From: Myxococcota bacterium
Lineage (GTDB): Bacteria > Myxococcota_A > UBA796 > UBA2385
Assembly (NCBI GenBank): GCA_044344255.1
Contig: JBIJDH010000023.1
Location: 1-64,000, forward strand
Reading direction: 5' to 3'
DNA: 64,000 nucleotides
Shown here: piece by piece, positions 37,263 to 48,000 of the stretch
Position numbering within the stretch: the first letter of the stretch is position 1
Layout of the letters: each line of letters begins with the position of its first letter
Notes under the pieces: model-generated
The model's database searches: none
Seen by the model: only the letters and a program-made list of their open reading frames with translations
What the model was told of the DNA's origin: nothing
Made by a program: the position numbers and the translations under genes

Positions 37263-38671
37263 AGGCCGGGGAGCGGCCCCTCGGGCATGTCGTCGGCGAC
37301 GGTGCCGAAGCTCGTGTCGGCCTCCCCCAGGAGCTGGAGCACGCTCGTGAAGAGCTGGTTGGTGGTGGCGGTGGCGTCGAGGTAGCCGCCCATCGCCTCG
37401 ACGTCTTCGACGGTGCCCGACATGAAGTCGAGCCAGCGCCCGCCGCGGTCCCCGACCCCGCCGGCGAGCACCGCCGGCAGGTTGCGCGTCCAGTGCCGGC
37501 CGGAGCTGAACTCGGGCATCCAGAGGACGAGGCTGGTGTCGAGGAGGTTGTCGCCGTCCTCGTCCTGGGCGGCGTCCATGCGGGTGAGCAGGTCAGCGAA
37601 CATCGAGAGGTACCAGCGATAGACCCACTCCATCCCAGACTGGTAGTCGGCGTGCACCATCGCGTGCCAGTTGTCCCATTCGCCCGGCACCACGATCGGG
37701 CCGCCGTTGGCGCCCCAGAGCCACTCGAAGCTGTGATCGTGGCTGTTGGCGAAGGAGACGGTGGCCACGCGCGTGAGCCCACAGGACAGGGCCGTGCAAA
37801 GAATGTCATTGAGGATGGGCGCCGAGACGTCGTCGTCCCAGGAGAAGTCGTAGCCGGTGGGGGTGCTGAAGGTGGGGGCGTTACACTCGCCGAGGCCGGC
37901 GGTGATACGCGCCTCGAGCTCGCTCACCTTCTGGAGGTGGGCCTGGAGGCGGTCCCGGCCGGCGCCGTCGAGGTGTCGGTTCATCTCCTTGAACTGGCCC
38001 ATCACGGCGTCGAGCACGCTGCTGCGGCGGGCGCGCAGGGCCCAGGCGTCGGCCGGCGACAGGCTGGCGTCGCCGAAGATCCGCGCCACGGCGACGAAGG
38101 GGTCGTTGTAACCCTGGACGGGGTCATAGGGGCCGTAGAAGAAGCGCTCGGAGGTGGAGAAGCCCTCGCCGGCGCTGCCGCCCACCACGAAGTCGAGGCG
38201 GTTGTAAGGAGAGAGGCCGGCGAAGCGCTCGGCCACCACCTGCTCGAGGGTGGGGCCCGCCGCGGTGAGGAGCGCGGAGTCCTGCACGTAGAAGGGCCGC
38301 CCCGTGAAGAGCGTGAGGTTGGCGCCGTCGTGGGCGTTGCCGACGGTGTTGAAGTTCGGCGCCCGGTTGTCGAGGCCGGTGATGACGGTCATCCGGTCGC
38401 GGAAGGGCTCCAGCGGCTCGAGGATGAAGGGCAGGGAGAAGCTCGTCTCGGAGCCGGTGGGCACGGTCTCGGAGAGGACGGTACCCTGCGCGGTGTTCAC
38501 GATGACGAGGCGCTTGATGCCCGGGCCGAGCCCGGTGTCGGCGCGGGCCACCGCGCTGCGAAAGAGGGGGAGGAGCCCCGCGGCGACCCCGCCGCCGAGC
38601 AGGGCGCGCCGCGAGGGGGCGCCCCGAGGGGGGCGGCCGGCGTGGGAGAGGGGCGGGCGGCGGGCGCTCAC
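37259..38671 (-). CDS. DUF1552-domain protein with a Tat signal
   Basis: SRRALL; ILEPL.P....M..I.GL; SVLD.V......RL.AH...V.ELE; LLD.SLV.W..E....H....LP..LAG. Confidence 0.85.
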   Translation of the reverse strand: MSARRPPLSHAGRPPRGAPSRRALLGGGVAAGLLPLFRSAVARADTGLGPGIKRLVIVNTAQGTVLSETVPTGSETSFSLPFILEPLEPFRDRMTVITGLDNRAPNFNTVGNAHDGANLTLFTGRPFYVQDSALLTAAGPTLEQVVAERFAGLSPYNRLDFVVGGSAGEGFSTSERFFYGPYDPVQGYNDPFVAVARIFGDASLSPADAWALRARRSSVLDAVMGQFKEMNRHLDGAGRDRLQAHLQKVSELEARITAGLGECNAPTFSTPTGYDFSWDDDVSAPILNDILCTALSCGLTRVATVSFANSHDHSFEWLWGANGGPIVVPGEWDNWHAMVHADYQSGMEWVYRWYLSMFADLLTRMDAAQDEDGDNLLDTSLVLWMPEFSSGRHWTRNLPAVLAGGVGDRGGRWLDFMSGTVEDVEAMGGYLDATATTNQLFTSVLQLLGEADTSFGTVADDMPEGPLPGL

Positions 38672-40695
38672 GGTGTCACCTCGTGGGGGGCGCGGGCTCG
38701 GAAGGCGTCGGTGAGGGTGATGTCGACCATCAGGCCGCGGAGGTCGCCGCCGCTCGCCTGGAAGCGGCTCGAGAGCTCACGCAGGGTGCAGGCGTCCTCG
38801 GCCTCGGCCGCCCTCCCGACCGCGTACTCGAACCAGCGCTGGGCGTAACAGGCGCGGGCGCGGTCGCTGTCGGCGAGGAGGGCGAGGAGCTCGGCGGCGC
38901 CGTCGAATTCGCCCGCAGGGTCGTCGAAGGTGCCGGTGGCGTCGATGGGGATGCCGTCCTCCCAGGTGTCGCGCCACTCGCCGAGGGCCCCATAGTGCTC
39001 GAAGGCGAAGCCGACGGGGTCGATCCGCAGGTGGCAGCCCGAGCAGGCCTCGTCGGTCCAGTGGGCCTCGAGCTGGTCGCGCACGGTGACGATCTCGGTG
39101 TCGGTCTCGGGGAGGGTCGTGCTGACCCCCGGCGGCGGGTCGAGGGACTCGCAGAGGAGCTGCTCGAGCACGAAGGCGCCGCGGCGGACGGGCGCGCTCG
39201 CGCTCGAATAGGCGTGGGCGCTCAGCCAGCCGGCGCGGGTCAGGAGCCCGGGGCGGAGGGCGGGGTCGAGCTCAACCCGGACCCACTCGGCGCCGGGGTC
39301 GGGCAGGCCGTAGAGGGGCGCCAGATCGCTGTTCACCCAGGTGGAGCCCGAGGAGAAGAGCGCGTCGTAGGTGCCGTCGCCGAGCCAGACCACCTCGGTG
39401 GTGAAGAGGTCGGTCTCCGTCTTGAGGCTGGCCACGAGGGCGTCGTCGAAGGCCGGATAACGCGTGCTGTCCTTGGTGGCCGTGTCGAGGGCGTCGAGGT
39501 GCAGCCAGTCCTGGTGGAAACGCGCCACGACCCCGGTCATCGCCGCCCCATTGACGAGGCGGGCGGCCTCGGCGGACACCCCCTCCGGCGTGGAGAGGGC
39601 GCCCGAGGCGGCGGCGGCGCGGAGGGCCTCGTCGGGGAGGTCGTCGGTCATGAAGAAGGCGAGGCGGGCGGCGAGGGTGTCGGGATCGACGGGCACAGGC
39701 TCGGCGGCCAGGCTGGCCTCGGCGGCGCGGGGGTCGATGTAGAGGAGCTGCGGGGACTGGAGCAGCACCTCCACCCCCATTCGCACGGCGGTCTCGGGCT
39801 CGAGCCCGGCGTCGAGGAAGCGGGTGAGCAGGGCCGCCTCGGCCTCGGAGAGGGGCCGCCGGAAGCCCCGGGCCCCGCGGTCGAGCAGGAAGCGCCGGGC
39901 GCAGTCGGCCTCCGCCTCCCCGTCGGCGCAGGCGAGGGCGCTCGGATAGGCGAGGGCGGCGGCGGCGGCCTCCGCGGCGAGCTCGATCGACTCCGCCCCC
40001 GAGCCGGACACGGAATTGGAGGTGGCCCAGGTGCGAAATCCATCGCCCCGCTCGCTCTCCGGATAGAGCCCATCGGGCAGGCTGACCCCGAGCAGGGTCA
40101 ACACGACCTTTTGGAACTGGGTGTCCGTGAGGAGGCGGAGCGGGGCGGTGCCCGGGCGGACGGTGCCGTCGCAGGTGACCGGCAGCGCCACCGGCGAGGC
40201 GCAGCCGCCCGGCACCTGGAGCCGGCCGACGAGCTCGGTCATCACGGCCATCTCGGGGTCGAGGGTGTCGAAGCGCTCCCCGCCTGCGTGGCTGACCTGG
40301 CCGGTGGGCTTCAAGGTGAGGAGCCCGGCGGCGTCTTCATTCTCGGTGACGAAGGCCTGGAGGCGATCCCAATTGGTGGCCTCGGCGCTGGCCTCCCCCG
40401 CGGGGGCGAGCACCATCCGGGTGCCGGCGGCCATTCCCCCCTCGACGTGGCAGGTGAGGCAGTCCGAGAAGAGCGGGTTCGCCTGGGCGGAGAAGAACTC
40501 GGCGTCGGTGACGCAGCTCGGATCGGGATCGCCGCCCCCGTCTGCCTCCGCCCCGTCGTCGCCGTCGGAGGCGCCGTCCGTCGAGGCGGCGCCCCCCTCC
40601 TCTCTCTTCCCGCCGTCGCAGGCGATGAGCAGGGAGAGGGACAGGGAGAGGGACAGGGAGAGGGACAGGGAGAGGAGCGGGCGGGTGTCGGTCAT
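38668..40695 (-). CDS. DUF1592/DUF1588/DUF1595-family c-type cytochrome lipoprotein
   Basis: Lipobox LIAC; CxxCH motifs CLTCH and CSGCH; RRPL...E, LQSP..LY, RLAFF...PD, PVRRG, DP.GFAFEHY. Confidence 0.88.
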   Translation of the reverse strand: MTDTRPLLSLSLSLSLSLSLSLLIACDGGKREEGGAASTDGASDGDDGAEADGGGDPDPSCVTDAEFFSAQANPLFSDCLTCHVEGGMAAGTRMVLAPAGEASAEATNWDRLQAFVTENEDAAGLLTLKPTGQVSHAGGERFDTLDPEMAVMTELVGRLQVPGGCASPVALPVTCDGTVRPGTAPLRLLTDTQFQKVVLTLLGVSLPDGLYPESERGDGFRTWATSNSVSGSGAESIELAAEAAAAALAYPSALACADGEAEADCARRFLLDRGARGFRRPLSEAEAALLTRFLDAGLEPETAVRMGVEVLLQSPQLLYIDPRAAEASLAAEPVPVDPDTLAARLAFFMTDDLPDEALRAAAASGALSTPEGVSAEAARLVNGAAMTGVVARFHQDWLHLDALDTATKDSTRYPAFDDALVASLKTETDLFTTEVVWLGDGTYDALFSSGSTWVNSDLAPLYGLPDPGAEWVRVELDPALRPGLLTRAGWLSAHAYSSASAPVRRGAFVLEQLLCESLDPPPGVSTTLPETDTEIVTVRDQLEAHWTDEACSGCHLRIDPVGFAFEHYGALGEWRDTWEDGIPIDATGTFDDPAGEFDGAAELLALLADSDRARACYAQRWFEYAVGRAAEAEDACTLRELSSRFQASGGDLRGLMVDITLTDAFRARAPHEVTP
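40628..40675. repeat. 12-nt tandem repeat encoding (LS)n in the signal peptide
   Basis: (agggagagggac)n on the + strand, about 4 copies. Confidence 0.85.
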
Positions 40696-42098
40696 GGGGC
40701 CACGCTGGGGGCCGCGTCTTGGAAGCCGGGGCCGTCGTTGTCGGGGAGGATCTCGGTCCAGGTGAAGCCGCCGTCGGTGGAGCGGTGGAGGGAATTGCCG
40801 GAGCGCCCGAAGGCGAGCCGACCCACGGCCGCGATCGGGGTGACGGTGGAGGCGTTCTCGAGGTCCCAGGTGGCGCCGTCCGCCGAGCTCCAGACCTCCG
40901 CGCCGTCGCCGATGAGGAAGCGGTCTCCCGCCCAGATGACGGCGGCCCATTCGGTGTCGCCGAGGGTGGTGGCGCTCCAGCTCCGCCCGCCGTCCAGGCT
41001 CTGCTCGATGCGGCCCCCGGCCCCGACGGCGACGAAGACCCCGTCCCCGAAGGCGATGTGGTCGAGGTCGGTGTCGGCGACGGTGAGGTCGACCGTCCAG
41101 GTGAGGCCGTCTTCGGTCATCGCGCGGCGGTCGGCGCCGACGGCGACGAAGACACCGTCTCCGTAGGCGACGCCGTGCAGCGTGCTGCCGCCGAGGCTCC
41201 CGCCGGACAGCCAGGCGGCGCCGTCGGTGCTGCTGCGGAGCAGGGCGTCGCTGCCCACGACCACGTAGAGTCCGTCTCCCCAGGCGCAGTCGGCCACCCA
41301 GCCCCCGCCGTCCGTGGTCTCGGTCCAGGTGAGGGCGTCGGCGCTCTGCCAGAGGCGCCGCTCGTCGCTCCCGCCCACGCTCAACCAGCCCGCCGAGCCC
41401 GCGCAGGCGCCGCGCTGCAGCGCGTTGGTGTGGGCGACGAGCGTCTCCCAGCCGTCCACGGCCCAGGTCTCACCGTAGTCTGGGGTCATCGTCACCCGCC
41501 GCCCCTCGCCGAAGAAGGCGATGGGCAGGGGGGCGGTGACCTCGGCCGTGAGGGTGAGCGTGTAGGGGGAGCCGGGCTGGTCGTAGGGCAGGACGAAGCT
41601 GCCGCTCACGAGGCCCTCGTCGCCGGGGACAAAGGTGAGGCCGAGCTCGGCGCTCTCCCCGGGCGCGAGGTAGACCGGCGGCAGGGCGTCGAGGCTGAAG
41701 CCCTCGCCGCTGAGCCAGTCGTCGGGGTGGCCGAGGAAGCGCAGCTCGTCGTGCGTGCAGGGGTTGGTGAGCTGGAGGCGGGCGGTGAGCGGGTCAGCCT
41801 GCGCCGGCGTGCGGCCGAGGTCGAAGGAGGCGCCGCTCAAGAGGGGCTCGCCGAGCACGCTCACGGCGAGGGGCTCGGCGCAGGGGGGCGCCGTGTCGTC
41901 GGGGGGCCCGCTGTCCTCGGGGGCGTCGGAGTCGTCGGCGGGGCCGCTGTCCTCGAGATCGGCCACGCCGCTGTCGTAGGCCTCGCCGGTCTCGCCGGCC
42001 CCGTCGGTCGCGCCGCCTGCTTTTGGCCCACCCGCGGCGCCGCCCCCGCAGGCGACGGCGAACGTGAGGGTGAGAGTGAGGAGGGACCCGCCCTTCAT
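40692..42098 (-). CDS. Lipoprotein with an Ig-like domain and a BNR/WD40-like beta-propeller
   Basis: Lipobox AVAC; repeats VAYGDGVFVAVG..., S.DG..W. Confidence 0.8.
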   Translation of the reverse strand: MKGGSLLTLTLTFAVACGGGAAGGPKAGGATDGAGETGEAYDSGVADLEDSGPADDSDAPEDSGPPDDTAPPCAEPLAVSVLGEPLLSGASFDLGRTPAQADPLTARLQLTNPCTHDELRFLGHPDDWLSGEGFSLDALPPVYLAPGESAELGLTFVPGDEGLVSGSFVLPYDQPGSPYTLTLTAEVTAPLPIAFFGEGRRVTMTPDYGETWAVDGWETLVAHTNALQRGACAGSAGWLSVGGSDERRLWQSADALTWTETTDGGGWVADCAWGDGLYVVVGSDALLRSSTDGAAWLSGGSLGGSTLHGVAYGDGVFVAVGADRRAMTEDGLTWTVDLTVADTDLDHIAFGDGVFVAVGAGGRIEQSLDGGRSWSATTLGDTEWAAVIWAGDRFLIGDGAEVWSSADGATWDLENASTVTPIAAVGRLAFGRSGNSLHRSTDGGFTWTEILPDNDGPGFQDAAPSVAP

Positions 42099-43516
42099 CG
42101 CCCCTCCAGCGCCATTGCGCGGATGGTCATCTCGGTGTGGACGGCGGTGTAGACCGTCTCCCAGTCGGCGCCGTCGCGGGAGCGCACGAGCTCGTCGAGC
42201 TCGCTCCAGGGGTGGAGGGCCCCGATGAACCACCCGTTCACAAAGCCGAGGAGCTGCACCGAGTCGTCGTGCACGGCGGTCCAGGTGAGCCCGTCGGTCG
42301 AGGCCCACACGCCGTCGCAGCTGTTCGAGACGCCGCCCGCCAGCCAGAGGCCGTCCCCCCAGGCGACAGACTCCATCCGGGTGTATTGGGAGTCACACCA
42401 GGACTGGTCGGTCCAAGTCAGTCCGTCGTCTGCGGAGCGACTGACGGTGTATCGCTCACCGCCCCAGCCGCCCACTGCCACGAGCGTGCCGTCGTCGGAG
42501 CGGGCGAGGTCGCTGAGATAGTCTCCATCGGCGAAGTTGTCTTCGGTGGCCCAGGAGCTGCCGTCCGTGGAGGTCACGCGGCGGCCGTTGCGGCCGGTGG
42601 CCACGAAGCGCTCGCCCGTGTAGAGCACCGACAGGAGCATGTCGTCCCATTGGGTAGACTCGTGGAGCACGGTCTCGCCGGAGTCTGACCAGGAGATGGT
42701 GTCGGAGCGCACGCAGAAGAACTGGCCCATCCCGTAGGCGCAGTCGCTCACCCAGAAGTCGTCGGAGGCGGCGGAGGCGGTCCAGGTGGTGCCGTCCTCG
42801 CTCCACTGGTAGTGGCCGGCCACAGACCAGGAGAAGCCCTCTTGGGAGGCGAGGAAGAAGCGCCCCTCTCCCCAGGTGACCGTGTGGACGGCGTCCTGGA
42901 TCTCGGTGGGCTCCACCGTGGCCGACCAGGTGGCGCCGTAATCTTCGCTCAGGAGCACGGTGGGCCCATCACCGGCGACGACGAGGCGGAGGGGGCGGGG
43001 CACGCTCGCCCGGAGCGAGACCGCGAGCGGGGGCTCGGTGGGGACGGAGAGCGTGCCCGCCCGCGACTCGGCGGCGGTGGCGTCGACGGGGTTGACCGCG
43101 ATCTCGAAGGGGGCGCTCTCGTCGGGCTCGAGGTGCTCGGGGAGGGGCCCGCTGGCCGTGAAGCCCTCGCCGGACAGCCAGAGGGAGGGGTCCGCCGGCA
43201 GGGTCAGGGCCTCGCCGCTGCGGTTGGTGAGCGTGAAGCGGAGGACGCTCGCCTCGTCGATGCCGGCGGGCGCGGTCTCAATGGAGACGGCCGCCCCGTC
43301 GGAGAGCACCGCGCCCTCGTAGACGAGGGTGACCCCGGGGCTCCAGTCGACCTCGGTCTCGGGCCAGACTGAGGCGGTGTCGTCCCCGTCGTCGGGCTCT
43401 CCGGTGTCCCCGGCGGTGTCCCCGCCCGATGGGGCGGGACCCGAGCCCGCCGCGCCTCCGTTTGGCTTCGATGAAGCGGCACAGGCCGCGAGCAGGAGGG
43501 GAAGGGTCCAGCGCAA
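42095..43516 (-). CDS. Paralogue of the adjacent Ig-like plus beta-propeller lipoprotein
   Basis: Lipobox LAAC; shared WLSGEGF...LP..L.P.ESA and S.DG..W repeats. Confidence 0.8.
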   Translation of the reverse strand: MRWTLPLLLAACAASSKPNGGAAGSGPAPSGGDTAGDTGEPDDGDDTASVWPETEVDWSPGVTLVYEGAVLSDGAAVSIETAPAGIDEASVLRFTLTNRSGEALTLPADPSLWLSGEGFTASGPLPEHLEPDESAPFEIAVNPVDATAAESRAGTLSVPTEPPLAVSLRASVPRPLRLVVAGDGPTVLLSEDYGATWSATVEPTEIQDAVHTVTWGEGRFFLASQEGFSWSVAGHYQWSEDGTTWTASAASDDFWVSDCAYGMGQFFCVRSDTISWSDSGETVLHESTQWDDMLLSVLYTGERFVATGRNGRRVTSTDGSSWATEDNFADGDYLSDLARSDDGTLVAVGGWGGERYTVSRSADDGLTWTDQSWCDSQYTRMESVAWGDGLWLAGGVSNSCDGVWASTDGLTWTAVHDDSVQLLGFVNGWFIGALHPWSELDELVRSRDGADWETVYTAVHTEMTIRAMALEGR

Positions 43517-43532
43517 GGCGGCTCCGTCAGGG

Positions 43533-43985
43533 TCAGAGGGGGATGCCCACCCGACGATAGATGAATTGGAGCAGCCAGGCGGGCCCGACGAGCAGGAATT
43601 GAAGGTCTTGGAAGAAGGACGGCTTCTTCCCCTCGATCTTGTGGCCGATGAACTGCGCCACCCAGGCGGTGAAGAAGACTCCCGCCGAGACCCAGCCGAT
43701 CGGCAACACGCTGGCGATGAGCGTGTTGATCGAGAGCATGATGACGGCGCCCAGCGCCATCCCGAGGGCGAGGGTCCAGGACAGCGAGGCGTAGAAGATC
43801 ATCGTGAGGCCCGCGCCCACGACCCCCCAGTGCAGGCCGCTCTCACCGAAGGGATGGGGGATGGCGGCGCAGAGACCGAGCGTGGACAAGGCGATCGGGG
43901 GGATGAATACCCAGTGGATGAGCTTGTTCGTGGGGTTCCGGTGAGACTCCCCGTAGAGGCTGAACCACTCCTCGGCGCTGCGCAT
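43533..43985 (-). CDS. DUF962/Mpo1-like membrane protein
   Basis: Y.ESH.NP.N..IH...P.I; W..QFIGH.IEGKKPSF..D...LL.GP. Confidence 0.92.
   Translation of the reverse strand: MRSAEEWFSLYGESHRNPTNKLIHWVFIPPIALSTLGLCAAIPHPFGESGLHWGVVGAGLTMIFYASLSWTLALGMALGAVIMLSINTLIASVLPIGWVSAGVFFTAWVAQFIGHKIEGKKPSFFQDLQFLLVGPAWLLQFIYRRVGIPL
43889..43962. repeat. Left copy of a 74-bp direct repeat (inside the 5' end of the DUF962 gene)
   Basis: 65/74 identical, ungapped, to 51275-51348 by manual alignment. Confidence 0.9.
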
Positions 43986-44052
43986 GCCTACACCTCCCCC
44001 CGTGACCGTCCTGCGAACCGGAGACTACCCCGCGCTGGGCGGCCGGCGCGGG

Positions 44053-44937
44053 TCACCGCTGGAGGGCCCGATCGAGGTCTTGCAGGCCCGCGTGCAGAGA
44101 GGCGCGGATCTTTACCTTGGCGAAGGGATTGTCGTCGATCTCCCGGAGGACCGGGTCTCCCTCGAGGGCCGTGCGGTAGCCTCTGATCAAGGCCATGCAG
44201 CGCTCGAGGGCCGCCGTCTGGGCGCTCGGCTCGCTGGCGCCCGCGAGCGCGTCGAGGGCGCCGATCAGGCGGTCGTCGAAGGCGCCCATCTTCCAGCCGA
44301 CCTTCTTGATCTCCCCGGCGGCCGCTCGCATCTCGGGGTCCGCCCGCACCTCGGGGTCGGAGTAGATGGCCTTCAAGAGCTTGTCGAATTCGCTGCTCGC
44401 GGTGGTCCGGGCCGAGGTCCAGACCATCTTCGAGCGGTTGATCGCCACCGGGGTGGGGAGGGCCGGATTCGAGGTGTCCGGATGTTGGTCTTCGGAGGAC
44501 CCCCCGGTAGAGGGAGCCTCCTCGGGCCCGGCCTCCTCGCTCTCCTCCTCGCTCTCCTCCTCGGTGAAGAGGGCCTTGTCGATGAGCTGGGCGGCGTAGT
44601 CGAGGCCGATGGCCTTCGCACCGAGCTTCCAGGCCTTGACGAAGGCGGCCTGGAGGAGCTTGGGGCCGATGCAGCGCTTGAGGTCGGCCACGACGCGGAG
44701 CGTAGCCCCTTCGAGGCTCACCTGACCCACCACGACCGCAGTGCCCTGGAAACCCTCCACCGACTTCTTGAGGCCGGCTAAAACCTTCGCGGCGTTCGGA
44801 GCGTCTTGCCGCTTCTTGTAAAACCAGATCAAGGGATCTGGAGCCGCCACGAGCGCGAACTGGATCGGCGCTTGTTTGGCGAGCGGCCAGATGGCGAGCA
44901 GGGCTTTCTTTTGGTCTACCGTGACCTTGATGGGCAT
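44053..44937 (-). CDS. Hypothetical two-domain cytoplasmic protein with an acidic linker and a helical C-terminal domain (W...R...IDDNPF)
   Basis: Clean ORF, GGAG RBS, no signal peptide; divergent from the giant ORF. Confidence 0.75.
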   Translation of the reverse strand: MPIKVTVDQKKALLAIWPLAKQAPIQFALVAAPDPLIWFYKKRQDAPNAAKVLAGLKKSVEGFQGTAVVVGQVSLEGATLRVVADLKRCIGPKLLQAAFVKAWKLGAKAIGLDYAAQLIDKALFTEEESEEESEEAGPEEAPSTGGSSEDQHPDTSNPALPTPVAINRSKMVWTSARTTASSEFDKLLKAIYSDPEVRADPEMRAAAGEIKKVGWKMGAFDDRLIGALDALAGASEPSAQTAALERCMALIRGYRTALEGDPVLREIDDNPFAKVKIRASLHAGLQDLDRALQR

Positions 44938-45084
44938 CGATCTTCTCCGGGGGCGGACGATACATCAGCGGCCGCCGACGAACAAGGCCCGCTGCTGGCC
45001 GGTGAGCGGCCTTGAGCAACGCGCTTGACAGAGCGGGTGGAATTGCCGAACCTGCGGTCGCCCATCCCTGGCGAGGACACACGA

Positions 45085-48000
45085 TTGGACTCGGAAACGA
45101 CGAGATCGAAGAAGAAGACTTCCCCGAAACTTGCCTTTCTCCGCCTCCTCACGCGAGGCGGCGGGGGAGGCGGTGGGGGAGACAAGGAGCCGACCTCGTC
45201 GGAGAGCTCCGGCAGCGAGGCCATCGACCTCGGGCCGGGCCTGGCGGCGGCGCGGGAGAAGCTCGGCGAGCTCGACATCACCCTCCTCGCGTGGGAGCAG
45301 GGCGGCTTCGGCGAGGGCTGGAAGGCCCTCCGCCTGCGTCACGGGCAGTTCGCCAAGGCCCTCGAGCAGGTGGCGGACGCCAAGGATCGGGTCGCCGCCC
45401 AGAAGGCGCTGCTCCAGGTCACGCGGGGCATCTCGGAGGCTGCGGGGAGCGCCGCCGACACGCTGGACCGCTGGAAGCGCTGGGATCGCTCGTCCAAGCA
45501 GCTCGAGCCGCTGGTCACCGCCGCGCTCAAGCGGGGGGCCGGCGAGGTCCAGAAGATCCGCTCCACCTGGGCCCTCGCCGGCGAGAAGGCGGAGGCGGGC
45601 GATCCGGTGGAGGCGCTGTCGCTGTTGTCTCCTCTCATCCTGCTCATCCGGGAGGCGGACAAGGCGGAGAAGACGCAGGTTCAGGAGGAGACCGCCGGCA
45701 TGGTCGACATGGACCAGACCAAGGTCCAGCTTCTGACGGCGAAGTGGAATTCCCTTTGGGGGAAGATGGCCCCCCTCGTCCAGAGCACCCTCGAGAAGGG
45801 CATCGCCGAGCGGACCCGCCTTGAGGCCACCTGGGCTTTCGCCCACGAGAAGGCCGAGCTCGGACAGCAGACCGGCAGCGTGGCCGACCTCACCCTCGCG
45901 CTGCAGACCCTGGTCGAGGTCAAGAAGATCATCGACAACGCCGTGGTGGACGAGACGGTCCCCAAGGGCACCGTCGTCAAGGCGAAGCAGCTCCTCGAGG
46001 GCGAGTCCGAAGGCAAGCGGGTCCACGCGCTCCTCCTGTCCACCCGGTCCACCGCCACCAAGGTGAGCACGCGGTTGACTAAGGCCTTCGAGCCGAAGAC
46101 CCCCGAGGCCATCGAGAAGCAGATCGAGAAGATCGACAAGCTGCTGTACACGGGCAGCGAGGCCGATCTCGAGAAGCTGGAGAAGGCCGCTACAGATGCC
46201 GCCGAGGAGATCGTCAAGCTCGAAGAGCTTGCACGGCAGCCCCTCATCGACAAGGGGCGCTGGGAGAAGGATGTCGCGCTCTTCAAGGCCCGCCTGGTTT
46301 CGCTCACCAATCACAAAGCAGCGAATGGGAAGATGGTCAAGCCCCTCGTCAAAGGGGTCACCGACGGTCTCGATGCCGCCGAGCTGAAGGCGACCGCGCT
46401 CACCTGGGCGCTGGCGAGCCAGGATCTGCCGGCGCTGTACCTCCGCTGTGACGAGGTCGAAAAGCAGGCCGACAGCATCGCGGAGCTCATCGCCGTCCAG
46501 GCGGATCGGAAGGAGCGCCTGGCCAGCCTGCCCGATGTCGGGACGATCGCGCACGATGTCCCGAAGGAGGCCGTAAAGGCGGCACTGAAGCTCATGAAGG
46601 ACGGAGGTGTAGAGGCCCAGGCTGGCCGCTACGACGCCGCCAAGGTGCTCTACAACAAGATCCCCGAGGCGGTGGCGCTCGCCCAGGACCTCGTCGGATT
46701 GGCGGCAATGTATGCGGTGGATTACCCTGTCGCCGTCCAGGATGTGATCAACATCGCGGCCTGGGATCAGGCGGTGAAGGACGAGATCGTGGCCGAGCAG
46801 GCCAGCCACAAGAAGCTCGTGGAAGACGCCGACTTCGACAAGACGAAGAGCTTCGCCCTCTCGACGCGGAAGCTGCGGGACGCCAATGGTTTTGTCTCCC
46901 TCCTGGTCGGCCGTCGGAAGCAGATCACCGCCTGGCTGAGCCGGCTCAAGGAATTCGACCTCCGCCTCAAGGCGGTCAAGGAGCACAAAGGGCGGATCGC
47001 GATCGAGGAGCACTTCGCGCGTCTGACCTCGGACCGGGTCTTCGCCTTGAAGAAGGTCACCGAGAAGGACTTCTACGCCGCCGAGAAGGTCCTCGCCGCC
47101 TCCGAGGGTGAACAGACCGCGAAGCTGGCGCTGGCCGATATCGGCGAGGATTATATCGGCAAGAAGAAGAAGCTCGACGAGGATATCGACAAGGTCCTGA
47201 AGGCCAAGAACGGCAGCCTGGCCGCGACCTTCATCACCGACGCCCGGGCGCATATCTCCGCGGGGGAGGCCATGAAGACCGCCGGCCAGTGGCCCGAAGC
47301 GGTCAAGTGCCTGGAGCAGGCCGCCGCCCGGGTGACGCTGGCCGAGAAGGTCCTCGGCGAAGACAAAGGCCTCAAGGACCTCAAGGACGATGGCAAGCTC
47401 GACAATATCGCGACAGACTTCCCCGCCGCCTATGATGTCTATGAGAAGATGCTGTCCCATGTCCAGGGAAAGGACGACGGCACCTTCGCCACCCCCCTCA
47501 AAGCCGCGACCGCGGCGGGTAAAAGGGCCGAGGAAGCCGCGAAGAAGGAGACCCCGGATTATGGAGCGGCGCGGATCGCGCTCGACCAGGCGATGAAGGT
47601 CTGCGAAGACGTGCTCGTGCTGATCACAAGAAAACCTGCCTATGATTCGAACCGGTCCGCCGTCGTCACCGCCCATGGGACCACGCTCCCGCCCCTCAAT
47701 GACGAAAACTGTATCGACCAGTTGATCCAGGACATCGGGGCCGCCCTCGACCTCGCCGCCGAGCTCGCAAAGTCGCCCGTCTTCAACTATGCCGAGGCAG
47801 AAGGCAAGCTGTCCGAGGCCCAGAACCTGGTCGCGAAGGCGAAGGTGAACGCGGAGGCCTGGAAGACGGCGAAGCCCGATGTCAAGACCATCCAGGAGAC
47901 CCACAAGTATATCAGCACGCCCATTCGGAAAAAGGGAATGGGAGCAGAGGTCGCCCGTCTTGAGAAGATCGGGGAAAAGATGGAAGAGCTGGTCAAGAAG

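Noticed and set aside
45025..45053. TTGACA -35 box upstream of the giant ORF
   Set aside because: No convincing -10 element at 16-18-nt spacing.
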